Virus record (IMG/VR): IMGVR_UViG_3300020473_001965 | Coordinates: 171,673 to 235,672 of that record | Reading direction: 5' to 3' (one strand) | Length of the DNA stretch: 64,000 nucleotides | Shown: positions 28,593-37,070 of the stretch, one piece after another | Numbering within the stretch: position 1 is the first letter of the stretch | Layout of the letters: the number at the start of each line of letters is the position of its first letter | Notes under the pieces: generated by a model | Databases searched by the model: none | What the model was told of the DNA's origin: nothing | What the model saw: the letters and a program-made list of their open reading frames with translations, nothing else | Made by a program: the position numbers and the translations under genes

Positions 28593-28609
28593 GAGTTTAA
28601 GAGAGAATT

Positions 28610-28906
28610 TTACTTAATCAAACCTGCTTTTCTAATCTTGTTGGAGACTCCCCGCGGGCCCTGTCTAAGCTCAGAACTAAACTCTGTATCTAGAATTGAC
28701 AAAAGTTTGTCAACTTTTTCTTCAAGTGACACGACTCTTTCAACTGTTGACGGCTTTTTAACTGTCGTCTTTGTTGTTGACTTTGTTGTTTTAGTAGTTC
28801 TAGGAGCTACAGTCTTAGTTGCAGCCTTAGTCGTCTTTTTTCCAGTCGACTTCGTTGTCTTTGTTGTTTTTGTTGTGTTGGTGATTCTTCCTGATGAGCT
28901 TGGCAT
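28610..28906 (-). CDS. Lys/Thr-rich histone H1-like basic protein with short coiled coil
   Basis: TTK/TKT repeats over ~45 aa, then VERVVSLEEKVDKLLSIL; AGGAGA SD. Confidence 0.6.
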   Translation of the reverse strand: MPSSSGRITNTTKTTKTTKSTGKKTTKAATKTVAPRTTKTTKSTTKTTVKKPSTVERVVSLEEKVDKLLSILDTEFSSELRQGPRGVSNKIRKAGLIK

Positions 28907-28914
28907 TTTTTCTC

Positions 28915-29619
28915 CTAATTATCAAAGCTGTATTTGAAGTTACTTATTAAGTCTGAGAAACTATTGGTGACAATGTCATACGACTTATTTGTGTAGTACA
29001 CTCTGTAATCGTACTTAGACTTCCTAATGTCAGTTTTTAGTTTCGGTATATTTAATGGTCCTAATCCTATCATACCACATACCATAGAAAAGTCAACTTC
29101 TAGGTCCTCATATCTTATAATAAAATCTAGGGGTAATTCGTAAAAAAGTTTATATCTTGAAGTGAACCAATCAATGATTCGCTCTTGTTTTCCTGTTTTG
29201 CTAAACGAGGCATACGTCTCTAAAAAAGTTAAAAATTTATCTTGTAGCGTTTTTGACCCATCATGTTGATCTGGTTTTAAAATGTGATTAGTCAGTGTCG
29301 TATCAGGTGAATAAAATGACCACCAAAAATAACTCACAACTGCATCGTATGGATTTCTAATAGTTGTAAATTTAAAGTATTTGTCTATGTTCAGATTATT
29401 TCTCAAAACTTCGGTAGGTGGCGTATGTTGATGCCACACTGGCCTGTAGCCTAATCGATTATTTCTTTCATGATATCCCAAAGATTTTTCGCCATCATAA
29501 GGTGAACCTGTTAGAATATCGTCAGGTCCGCAAAAGGGTGTCATGGCAAGCTCAAGACTTGATCCTGCTGATTTCATTTGCTTAAAAAAGACAAAACTAT
29601 GTCTATGAGATAAAATCAT
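28915..29619 (-). CDS. sulfotransferase family protein (Sulfotransfer_2-like)
   Basis: 5'-PAPS loop FKQMKSAGSS, 3'-PAPS motif IRNPYDAVVS, DFIIRYEDL. Confidence 0.8.
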   Translation of the reverse strand: MILSHRHSFVFFKQMKSAGSSLELAMTPFCGPDDILTGSPYDGEKSLGYHERNNRLGYRPVWHQHTPPTEVLRNNLNIDKYFKFTTIRNPYDAVVSYFWWSFYSPDTTLTNHILKPDQHDGSKTLQDKFLTFLETYASFSKTGKQERIIDWFTSRYKLFYELPLDFIIRYEDLEVDFSMVCGMIGLGPLNIPKLKTDIRKSKYDYRVYYTNKSYDIVTNSFSDLISNFKYSFDN

Positions 29620-29626
29620 GTTTTAT

Positions 29627-29656
29627 AGTATAGCAAATCATCAATTCAATAAACAA
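29627..29656 (-). promoter_or_regulatory. extended -10 sigma70-like promoter, leaderless transcript
   Basis: TGC-TATACT (29635-29627), TTGTTT 18 nt upstream; ATG follows after 7 nt. Confidence 0.5.
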
Positions 29657-29663
29657 ATAATAT

Positions 29664-29695
29664 AAAACGGGCGCCCTTTTTAGGGGGCGCCCGTT
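29664..29695 (-). terminator. intrinsic terminator after major capsid gene
   Basis: AACGGGCGCCC...GGGCGCCCGTT stem with U-run on the minus strand. Confidence 0.88.
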
Positions 29696-29723
29696 ATTTT
29701 GTCTAAGGTTACCTAATTTTAGT

Positions 29724-31607
29724 TTAGATAATGTGCATATCCAAGCAGGTAACTGTACCGTAGAAGTCAGAACGAACCATCTTCTTGCCGTAGCGAGTCA
29801 TCACGCCCTTGCGGGGTGTGAAGTCTTCTGGCGCGAAGATAGTAGGAGTGACGATGAGCGGTACGTACGGAGCGTAGACGTATCCTGTCTCAAGGTATGA
29901 TCCGCCCTTGTATCCGACGAGGATCTTGTTGCGTGGGAAGTAAGGATCCTTGTAAACCGTGAAACGGTTTGAAAGGGAACCAACCTTCTCTGCACCAAGG
30001 CTCATTGGAGAGCTGACCTGACCTTGTCCGTCGAGGCTGTAGCTTGGCTTGTAGAGCACAGAGCTCTCAAGGATAGTAGCAACATCAGGACTGACAACGA
30101 TGAAGTTCGCAGAACCACGCAGGGTCTTTCTGTGAATGGTATTGGCAACGTCGATGATTGTCTCGACGAGAGTCTCGTACCATTCGCGGACCGTACCAGT
30201 GAAGGCTGGGCCGGCAGAAAGCGTGCTGGAAAGATCTACTTCATCTCCAGTATCCTTATCAACGAACTTACCAGGTGCACGTGACCAGTAAAGGTTAGCA
30301 CCATTTGCCTCTGTAAGGAGGTCGTTGAGGATCTCACGATCGAGCTCAAGAGCGATCTGCTCGGAGAGGATCTGAGTAAGCTCAACCTCAGCATCCATGC
30401 TGTGGTAAGCGTTCAGGTCCTGAGCAAGCTCTGGAGACCAGCGAGCGCGCAACTTACGTGTAGCTGCGGTAACTGCGATGGACTCGATCTTGATGTCGAT
30501 CTCAGGGATGACTGGGCTTGGGGTGCCTGTTCCGAAGTTGGATTCGAAAGCTGGAATAGTAAGCGTGTCACCCTGATCAGCGTTAGCTGAAAGGCTAGGA
30601 CCGATTACCCAAGAAACATCAGCTGCACCAGCAGGAACTGATCCACCGTCACTCAAAGCAAGAGCGAAGAGAACGTGTGTTCCACCTACAGGATCGTCGG
30701 ACCAAGCTGAGCCTGTCCAGTCACCACGACGTGTAGCACGACGAAGGTTAAGAACACCGTTACCAGCCTGATACTTCTCGCCCCATGCTGAAACGTTGTT
30801 TGCCGTTGCGAAGTCTGTAATGGCAACCTGGTTAAGCATAGAAAGATCTGAACCAGAAAGCTGTCCGGTCTGAAGCATGCAGAATGCGACGTCAAGATCA
30901 CCATCATCAATTGCGCGACGAACCTGAGGATCGTAACCAAGATATTTGGCGTTAGAGCCTGAGAAGTCAGTCAGTGCAGCAACTGTGTGTGAAGCTGTCC
31001 ATGTCTTACCGTTGGATCCACCCCAAGCACCGAAAGCGTTCATAAGAGGAAGTGCTGAACCACTGTGAACTCTCGAGAAGCCGGTACCGGCGAGGTCGTA
31101 CATACCACCAGCTGCAAGTGATCCTGAACGGACGCCCTTACCGCGTGGGTTGTTATAGATTGACTGACCAGCTGCGTACGTAGAATCTGTGGTGCTGCGA
31201 CCAGGGCGATCTCCGCCAGGTTGATAGTCACCACCAACGTTGTTTCCGTAGGTGTAGTCAAGATAGAAGAGCAGTCCAGAAGGAAGGCTCATTGGCTGAA
31301 TTGAAACAAGCTCGTTTGCAACCAATCCACCGAAAACACGGCGAACGATTGGGAAAGCGATGTTCGTAAAGCCACGAATATCGTTTGATGTTGAAAGAGC
31401 ACCACCACCTGTAGACAGAGAGTTGGTCTCACGAAGAAGCTGAGCAGCCTGGTTCTCTAAAAGCATCGCCATGTTCTCGCGGTTTGTACCTTCGAGTCCA
31501 CGGAGAAGACCAGTTCTGTTCCACTTCTCTGTAAGCCTGTTACCCTCAGAGCCCATATGACGTGAGCGTATATCTTCGGTGAGCTGCTCTAATGTGAATT
31601 TACTCAT
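29724..31607 (-). CDS. gp23: major capsid protein, T4 gp23-type
   Basis: LVSIQPMSLPSGLLFYLDY, TRKLRARWSPELAQDLNAYH, EIALELDREIL, APYVPL, GVMTRY. Confidence 0.97.
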   Translation of the reverse strand: MSKFTLEQLTEDIRSRHMGSEGNRLTEKWNRTGLLRGLEGTNRENMAMLLENQAAQLLRETNSLSTGGGALSTSNDIRGFTNIAFPIVRRVFGGLVANELVSIQPMSLPSGLLFYLDYTYGNNVGGDYQPGGDRPGRSTTDSTYAAGQSIYNNPRGKGVRSGSLAAGGMYDLAGTGFSRVHSGSALPLMNAFGAWGGSNGKTWTASHTVAALTDFSGSNAKYLGYDPQVRRAIDDGDLDVAFCMLQTGQLSGSDLSMLNQVAITDFATANNVSAWGEKYQAGNGVLNLRRATRRGDWTGSAWSDDPVGGTHVLFALALSDGGSVPAGAADVSWVIGPSLSANADQGDTLTIPAFESNFGTGTPSPVIPEIDIKIESIAVTAATRKLRARWSPELAQDLNAYHSMDAEVELTQILSEQIALELDREILNDLLTEANGANLYWSRAPGKFVDKDTGDEVDLSSTLSAGPAFTGTVREWYETLVETIIDVANTIHRKTLRGSANFIVVSPDVATILESSVLYKPSYSLDGQGQVSSPMSLGAEKVGSLSNRFTVYKDPYFPRNKILVGYKGGSYLETGYVYAPYVPLIVTPTIFAPEDFTPRKGVMTRYGKKMVRSDFYGTVTCLDMHII

Positions 31608-31644
31608 TGAATATATCTCCTTAATTAAAATTCAATTAGAAAGT

Positions 31645-33201
31645 TTACTTAAGACCTGCAAGCGTTGCCCAGCGATCAACTTCTGTATCAGATGCTGTCG
31701 ATGTAGCAGAGCGTGTTGGCCTAGATGAACCCACAGCCTTTCGAACTGTTGATTCGTTAATTGAACCACTTTTCTTCTTAGAAGAAATCGATTCTGTCAT
31801 TGTCTTGTAAAGCAGCTTGACTTCTCTTAAGCTTCTTGCATTATCCAGTGACTCGACGATCGAACGCATTTGGCGAGTCGATATATTCTTGTTCTGGAGA
31901 AGCTTATTTGCATAGAGTAACTTTGCATTGAAGAGATTCATCTCTTTCAACTGGGTCTGAAGTTCGTTAACAGCGTCAACTGCTTCAGAAAGCTGTCCCT
32001 GGAGATCACGATTCTTGCGTGACTCATTAACAACTGCAGCACGGAGTTTCTTGTTCTCTGCGTGCACGTTTAAATCTTTATCTGACATGGCAAGAGGATC
32101 TTTTCCTCGCTTGCCACCCCCGAAATCGTCTCCGGACTTGCCGGAACCTTTGCCACCGAACTGATCAGCCATGTCCTTAGCAATTCCCTTTACCTTCAAA
32201 AGGTCGGGAGCTTCACTGAGTGCTCTCATAGCAGCAATTTCTCGACGGAGCATTCCCTCGTCGATTTCAATCCATTCGTCATCATCGGTGTCTGCCTCTT
32301 GCATGTCACCTTCATGATGCATTTCTTCGCCTGCGTACATGGCTTCTTCGACTTCTTCCTCACCCCCTTCGTCGTCGCCTTCTACGTCTTCTTCGCCGGC
32401 TTCTTCGCCTAAAGCGTCTTTAAGTGCGGCAAGTAGCTCTTCAGCAGCATCAGGATCAAGTTCGAGGTCAACTGCCTCGCCTTCGTCTTCTACAGCTTCA
32501 TCGCCTGGTTCATCGAGGTCTTCAGCCTCATCTTCTTCGCCGCCTTCGTCTGGGGCGTCCAAGTCTAGATCTAAATCTTCATCAGCATCAGCTTCATCTT
32601 CGTCTTCCTCGAAGAGATTAAGCTCACTGAGGTCTAATTCGTAAAGAACTTCATCTTCCGAGCGTTTTGACATTTTGATAGTCTCCTTAATAATGGTGTC
32701 AAGTGTTAAAGATAGAGCGGTGTCTGCATCAGATGATCCATCACCTTCGACTATACGTATTAGCTGATCACGTAAAGTTTTTGCCTCTGATATAATATTA
32801 GAAGCAATTAATTCAAATTTTTCATAGACTGCATCATCTTTTTCTTCAATTGTATTATAAAGAACGGCTGCATCTCTAAATGATTCTATTAGGCTCTTTA
32901 GGGCAACCTTGCTTTCCCGGGTCAATTCTTTGTCATTGTCATCTTCTGTTATCGACGCCAAGACGTTTTCATCTACTTCAAAAAAAATGTCTTCGGATTC
33001 ATCTAATCCGAAGATTTCTGCCATGAAATCGTCACTTTCTAGATCTGATGTGCTTTGAGCCTCATCCAACAATTCTTTTTCAACTAATCGTTTTATCTGA
33101 GGTGTCATCGCTTCAATTATTGCTTTTTTAGCATTTGCTTCAGCTGCTTCTCTTAATTGCTTTGCTTCCGCAATTGCTTCTGTGTATAATGAGTTTGACA
33201 T
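31645..33201 (-). CDS. gp22: prohead core scaffold protein (gp22-like)
   Basis: very acidic, coiled-coil C-terminal region, immediately upstream of MCP. Confidence 0.7.
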   Translation of the reverse strand: MSNSLYTEAIAEAKQLREAAEANAKKAIIEAMTPQIKRLVEKELLDEAQSTSDLESDDFMAEIFGLDESEDIFFEVDENVLASITEDDNDKELTRESKVALKSLIESFRDAAVLYNTIEEKDDAVYEKFELIASNIISEAKTLRDQLIRIVEGDGSSDADTALSLTLDTIIKETIKMSKRSEDEVLYELDLSELNLFEEDEDEADADEDLDLDLDAPDEGGEEDEAEDLDEPGDEAVEDEGEAVDLELDPDAAEELLAALKDALGEEAGEEDVEGDDEGGEEEVEEAMYAGEEMHHEGDMQEADTDDDEWIEIDEGMLRREIAAMRALSEAPDLLKVKGIAKDMADQFGGKGSGKSGDDFGGGKRGKDPLAMSDKDLNVHAENKKLRAAVVNESRKNRDLQGQLSEAVDAVNELQTQLKEMNLFNAKLLYANKLLQNKNISTRQMRSIVESLDNARSLREVKLLYKTMTESISSKKKSGSINESTVRKAVGSSRPTRSATSTASDTEVDRWATLAGLK

Positions 33202-33230
33202 GAATGTACTTCCTATAACTGCAAGAGCCT

Positions 33231-33260
33231 GAATTTAATTATGTCTTAGAATTTAATTAT
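33231..33260 (-). promoter_or_regulatory. tandem ATAATTA motifs upstream of the scaffold-MCP genes
   Basis: 12 nt direct repeat GAATTTAATTAT (+ strand 33231-33242 and 33249-33260). Confidence 0.55.
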
Positions 33261-33282
33261 TCTGTACAAAATGTTAATTCAG

Positions 33283-33531
33283 CTAGCGAGAACGTTCTTT
33301 TCTTTGCCTTCTTATTGCCCTGTTTTTCTTTTCTCGCTTTTTTTGTGATTTTGTTTTGTGATACTCAGTCTTTTCAACGTAGATCTTAACAACCCTTTCT
33401 TTTTTACATTTCTTTATAAAACGTCGTATCAAAGCTTCAGAGTTATCGCCGCGGACAGGTGTTTTTCTACCTCGTCGTCGGGTCCGATTCAGATCATTTT
33501 CACTGACGGAAACGTTTGCTCCTTTTTTCAC
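33283..33531 (-). CDS. rpsU: ribosomal protein bS21 homolog
   Basis: VRGDNSEALIRRFIKKCKKERVVKIYVEKTEYHKTKSQKKREKKNRAIRR aligns with the bS21 core (E. coli [36 protein letters not shown]...); GTG start. Confidence 0.8.
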   Translation of the reverse strand: MKKGANVSVSENDLNRTRRRGRKTPVRGDNSEALIRRFIKKCKKERVVKIYVEKTEYHKTKSQKKREKKNRAIRRQRKERSR

Positions 33532-34134
33532 TTAAACCTCTTCATCAAATATAAACACTGGTTCATCTTCATCAAAAAGTATATCAACCAGCCTATACTT
33601 TCTAGGTCTTTTTTCATCTCTTGGAAGTTTTTGACCGGCGGCAAATGATCTCTTTGATGTTACCCCGCCACGGGGTGCATGTCCTGTTGTGTAACCTACG
33701 GGTGATACACCGCCTGTTGCGCCGCCGGCTTGTCTACCCTTGTACAGACCAGGCATTGGAGTAATAGAAACACCAGATGTTTCATTTACTGTGTTGTAAT
33801 TTTTTTCTGCACCCTGGTGTAGATCAAAACGAACTGAATGCCCTGAGAAACTTCCGTAGTCTCGACGCTTATACGGGTCTGAAGTTTTGTGTGTGAGGCT
33901 TACTTTGTTTTGAAGCTTCTTTTCCGTCTCTGGATCCAAGTCCTCGAGATCATCTTCTTCGCAAGACTCATCATCAAGGATGTCGGGTTCTCTATATGGA
34001 TATGTCCCTTGTTTTTGATAAACTTTAGGATTGCTAATGGTTCCATACCCTGACCCAGTTCTGGGGTCGGGCAAACTCATGGCTGCAGCCCTTATGTACT
34101 CTCGCAAAATTGGTTCATAAGGGCTGCCAGTCAT
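33532..34134 (-). CDS. hypothetical protein (head module)
   Basis: 200 aa, acidic patch and G-rich segments. Confidence 0.65.
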   Translation of the reverse strand: MTGSPYEPILREYIRAAAMSLPDPRTGSGYGTISNPKVYQKQGTYPYREPDILDDESCEEDDLEDLDPETEKKLQNKVSLTHKTSDPYKRRDYGSFSGHSVRFDLHQGAEKNYNTVNETSGVSITPMPGLYKGRQAGGATGGVSPVGYTTGHAPRGGVTSKRSFAAGQKLPRDEKRPRKYRLVDILFDEDEPVFIFDEEV

Positions 34135-34142
34135 CTAATTAA

Positions 34143-34634
34143 TTATTCTCCAGCCCTAGTACCAAGGCCGTAAGCTTTCAATGTGTGCTTAGCAATTCCT
34201 GCGGAAGATTCAGCAGGGATTCGAGAAGTAGCAGCTGGACCGGAGCCGAATTCGGATCCTGGGTCTGCAGGAGTGGGTCCTTCAGGCATGTCCTTGGCAT
34301 TCATGCTTCCCTCTCCTGGTGAAGCTAAGCCCGGAGTAAATGGTGTACTAGGAAGGCCGCCGCCTCCGGTGGCTACATCAGCAAAGTTTGGAGCATTAGT
34401 ATAATCTCTATCTTGCTCGCCGAAAGTATGACCACCATCATTAACAATAGCGCTAAGAAGAAGATCATCACCCTGTGCCTGGATGGAATCTCTTGTCAAA
34501 GTTCCGTTATGTATTGGCGAACCTGGGTAGGCTGTTTGTAAATTTTCCGTCCCGTGAGTCGAAAGTCCGGAGACACCGCCCTTTGCGAATTCGGATGAAA
34601 CATAATCAACTGTGTTTTGGTTGTGTGAAGGCAT
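34143..34634 (-). CDS. hypothetical P/G/S-rich protein (head module)
   Basis: 163 aa, AAGGA SD, ATATTTA motif at 34689-34683. Confidence 0.7.
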   Translation of the reverse strand: MPSHNQNTVDYVSSEFAKGGVSGLSTHGTENLQTAYPGSPIHNGTLTRDSIQAQGDDLLLSAIVNDGGHTFGEQDRDYTNAPNFADVATGGGGLPSTPFTPGLASPGEGSMNAKDMPEGPTPADPGSEFGSGPAATSRIPAESSAGIAKHTLKAYGLGTRAGE

Positions 34635-34734
34635 TTTTTGTTTCCTTGTTGTCTAGTCTGTGGTCATTGAAGACTACAAGATTAAATATCACTAACAATG
34701 AAAATCTTTATAAGATGATTTAAATTTGAGAGTA

Positions 34735-35175
34735 TTACCTTAATTTCTTCTCAGCAAAAGCTAGCGTTGCCCAATTACCAGCGCCATCAAATAGGTCTTC
34801 AATATTATTGTTAGAAACAACTTGTGCGGCTTGATCAGCTTGACCAGATGAGCCTGCAAGGGACATCATAGATCTCCTTGGGTCACTAGAGTCAGCGCCA
34901 TATTGTTCTTGAAGTGTTGTCCTGGCAGTATCAGCAAAAATTGCACTCATGACAGGATCATCTGTCATTGTTGAAGTGACTTCATTAACTTTCTTTCCAA
35001 ACGTCACATTGTCCAGCGCTGGTCGACGAGGAGTAGGTGAACCCTTGCGCCGTGAAACGCCTGATAGATTTTTTGATGATTGCAATGTTGCGGGTGCATT
35101 AATTCCTTCACTTAAGATCTCAACGAGACATTCCTTAACAATTCCCTTTAACATGCTTTTAGTCACTTTTGCCAT
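34735..35175 (-). CDS. hypothetical protein, N-terminus MAKVTKSMLKGIVKECLVEILSE
   Basis: ATG 35175 follows the upstream stop codon and has GGAGG nearby; preferred over track start 35208. Confidence 0.65.
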   Translation of the reverse strand: MAKVTKSMLKGIVKECLVEILSEGINAPATLQSSKNLSGVSRRKGSPTPRRPALDNVTFGKKVNEVTSTMTDDPVMSAIFADTARTTLQEQYGADSSDPRRSMMSLAGSSGQADQAAQVVSNNNIEDLFDGAGNWATLAFAEKKLR

Positions 35176-35176
35176 C

Positions 35177-35605
35177 TTAGCCAACGCCTCCAAGAATTGC
35201 TCTTGCAATAGACCCGGAAGTTGATCCAGTCAAAACTGGGAATTCTGCTGCCCGAATTCTAGTTAGACCTGCAATTATATTGAAAGATGCTGCAGTTGCA
35301 GAATCTTTAGTGAAATAAAGTGTCTTGCACCTCAACTCCATTCTAGGGGTGGTTTCCCCCGCCTTGACTACAAAATAATTTGCTGTATTGACACCTCTTG
35401 CTCCATTTGCAGTAAACCCTACGCGGAGACCTGCCGAACTAGAATTATAAACTGATATCCATCTAGTTACTTCTGGAAAGTCTAGACGTATTGGTACGTT
35501 TTGAGAAGTTACCTCACCTGCAGCAGAAGCTGTCACATAAGGCACTCCTGAAATTTGGTATTCAGGTACAAAATTAGCATTTGGACGTGGATTTTTTAAT
35601 GACAT
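35177..35605 (-). CDS. hypothetical beta-rich virion protein
   Basis: 142 aa ORF following the protease gene. Confidence 0.65.
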   Translation of the reverse strand: MSLKNPRPNANFVPEYQISGVPYVTASAAGEVTSQNVPIRLDFPEVTRWISVYNSSSAGLRVGFTANGARGVNTANYFVVKAGETTPRMELRCKTLYFTKDSATAASFNIIAGLTRIRAAEFPVLTGSTSGSIARAILGGVG

Positions 35606-35611
35606 AGTTCT

Positions 35612-36223
35612 TTACTCCCAATCCAAGATTTCATTGAATATTCTATCAACTTTGTCTGAGTTGTTAAAAAAGGCATCGAGGTCGGCCTCTGTTACAAGTT
35701 GTTTTCCTTCTCTCATAACAAATGCACCAGGTGTTGAAGGCTCAGAAACGAAATCCCAACAAATTAGCTGGAAATCATCTTGCACTACTTGATATTGACC
35801 TTGGCGCTTTGTTGAACCCACACCCCGAGAAGATATGCCTAACTTCACCCCAGATTCTACAAGGCTCTGGAGTATTTTTCCACAGGGTGTATCGAGAAGC
35901 TCCACAGAACCATAGACAACATCGCCCTCGAGATGAGCTTCCCTAATAATGTGAGAAACATTCTTGAGTTCAACCACAGAAGAATCTGGATGGTCACATT
36001 CTCCTAGTGCTCTATTTTCTTGAATAAATTTTTGATAATTTCTTAATTCTCTTTCGAGTATTGCTTTCGGGTATATTCTCCCATTTTGATTTACGGTCTC
36101 TGCTTTTTGAAGAATTCCTTTCAAAATAATTTTTCCATCATTAAGTTCTCGGGACTCTTTAATCATGTCAGGAGTGTAGTCAAAATTAGAGTAAGAATTT
36201 ATGACATGTAATTTTTTAGACAT
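35612..36223 (-). CDS. gp21: prohead core protease
   Basis: GILQKAETVNQNGRIYP, ALGECDHP, LGISSRGVGS, WDFVSEPSTPGAF. Confidence 0.95.
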   Translation of the reverse strand: MSKKLHVINSYSNFDYTPDMIKESRELNDGKIILKGILQKAETVNQNGRIYPKAILERELRNYQKFIQENRALGECDHPDSSVVELKNVSHIIREAHLEGDVVYGSVELLDTPCGKILQSLVESGVKLGISSRGVGSTKRQGQYQVVQDDFQLICWDFVSEPSTPGAFVMREGKQLVTEADLDAFFNNSDKVDRIFNEILDWE

Positions 36224-37052
36224 TTTCGTTCTCCAATTGATTGATCATGCTTAGAATCGTAAGAGACTTAGAGACTGTTTCGTCATTAATGTTGCTAAAA
36301 TCATGCTCGTTAATTTTAGTCAAAACTCTTTCAACTTTTGACATGACATATTCACTGTCTGTAGAGTAATTCTCAAGTGTTTGTTTTGCTTTAGATACCA
36401 ATCCTACAACATCGTCTTGTATAGCAGCAGGGTTGCCTGTGAAAACGTACTTTCTTAAAAGTGCTCTTTGGTCGCTGCTTAGATTTTTACCGTATCTATC
36501 ATTAAATTTTTCTGCCATTAGGCGCACGACAAAACTATCAACATCTTTCTTTTCGTCTATGTCAAACTCATCTGATCGCTTGTCTTCCAAAAGCCAAGAA
36601 GCTATTTTATCTTCATACTCTGCAAGGACTCGAAGATCTCCGGGAGACTCCCTTCTCCATTCATTCAGAACTGTCTGGACTGTTGCATAAAGTCGATAAT
36701 CATCGATCTTAGTCTTATAAACCTTTTCGGAGTCCAGTTGGTAATTTATTTCTCTTATTAAATTAGACTTTTCTTTATCTAACGCTTTTTCGTTTAGGGC
36801 GCTCGATGCTTTCTTTGCCTCGGATAAAATTGAATTTGCTACAGATTGGTTGCTCACAGTAGTTTCGATGAGTGATCTAAATAAACGATATTCTTTATAA
36901 ATCTCTGTGTTTGGGGCATAATATTTTCGAATTATCTTCGAGGCAATTTTTCGCTGCTTATCTCTTTTTTCAACTAAACATTCAGCTATGTACTTTACCA
37001 AGATTTCATAAATTACGCCTACATTTCTTTTTTTGTTGTGCGTTTTAGACAT
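36216..37052 (-). CDS. hypothetical protein between portal and protease (prohead core-associated by position)
   Basis: 278 aa helical ORF starting KTHNKKRNVGVIYEIL. Confidence 0.7.
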   Translation of the reverse strand: MSKTHNKKRNVGVIYEILVKYIAECLVEKRDKQRKIASKIIRKYYAPNTEIYKEYRLFRSLIETTVSNQSVANSILSEAKKASSALNEKALDKEKSNLIREINYQLDSEKVYKTKIDDYRLYATVQTVLNEWRRESPGDLRVLAEYEDKIASWLLEDKRSDEFDIDEKKDVDSFVVRLMAEKFNDRYGKNLSSDQRALLRKYVFTGNPAAIQDDVVGLVSKAKQTLENYSTDSEYVMSKVERVLTKINEHDFSNINDETVSKSLTILSMINQLENENV

Positions 37053-37070
37053 TTTATTGTTATTACTCCA

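Noticed and set aside
33283-33531. Assigning a Bacteroidota host because bS21 phages often infect them
   Set aside because: Strong SD usage and sigma70-like promoters do not fit straightforwardly; host cannot be determined from this window
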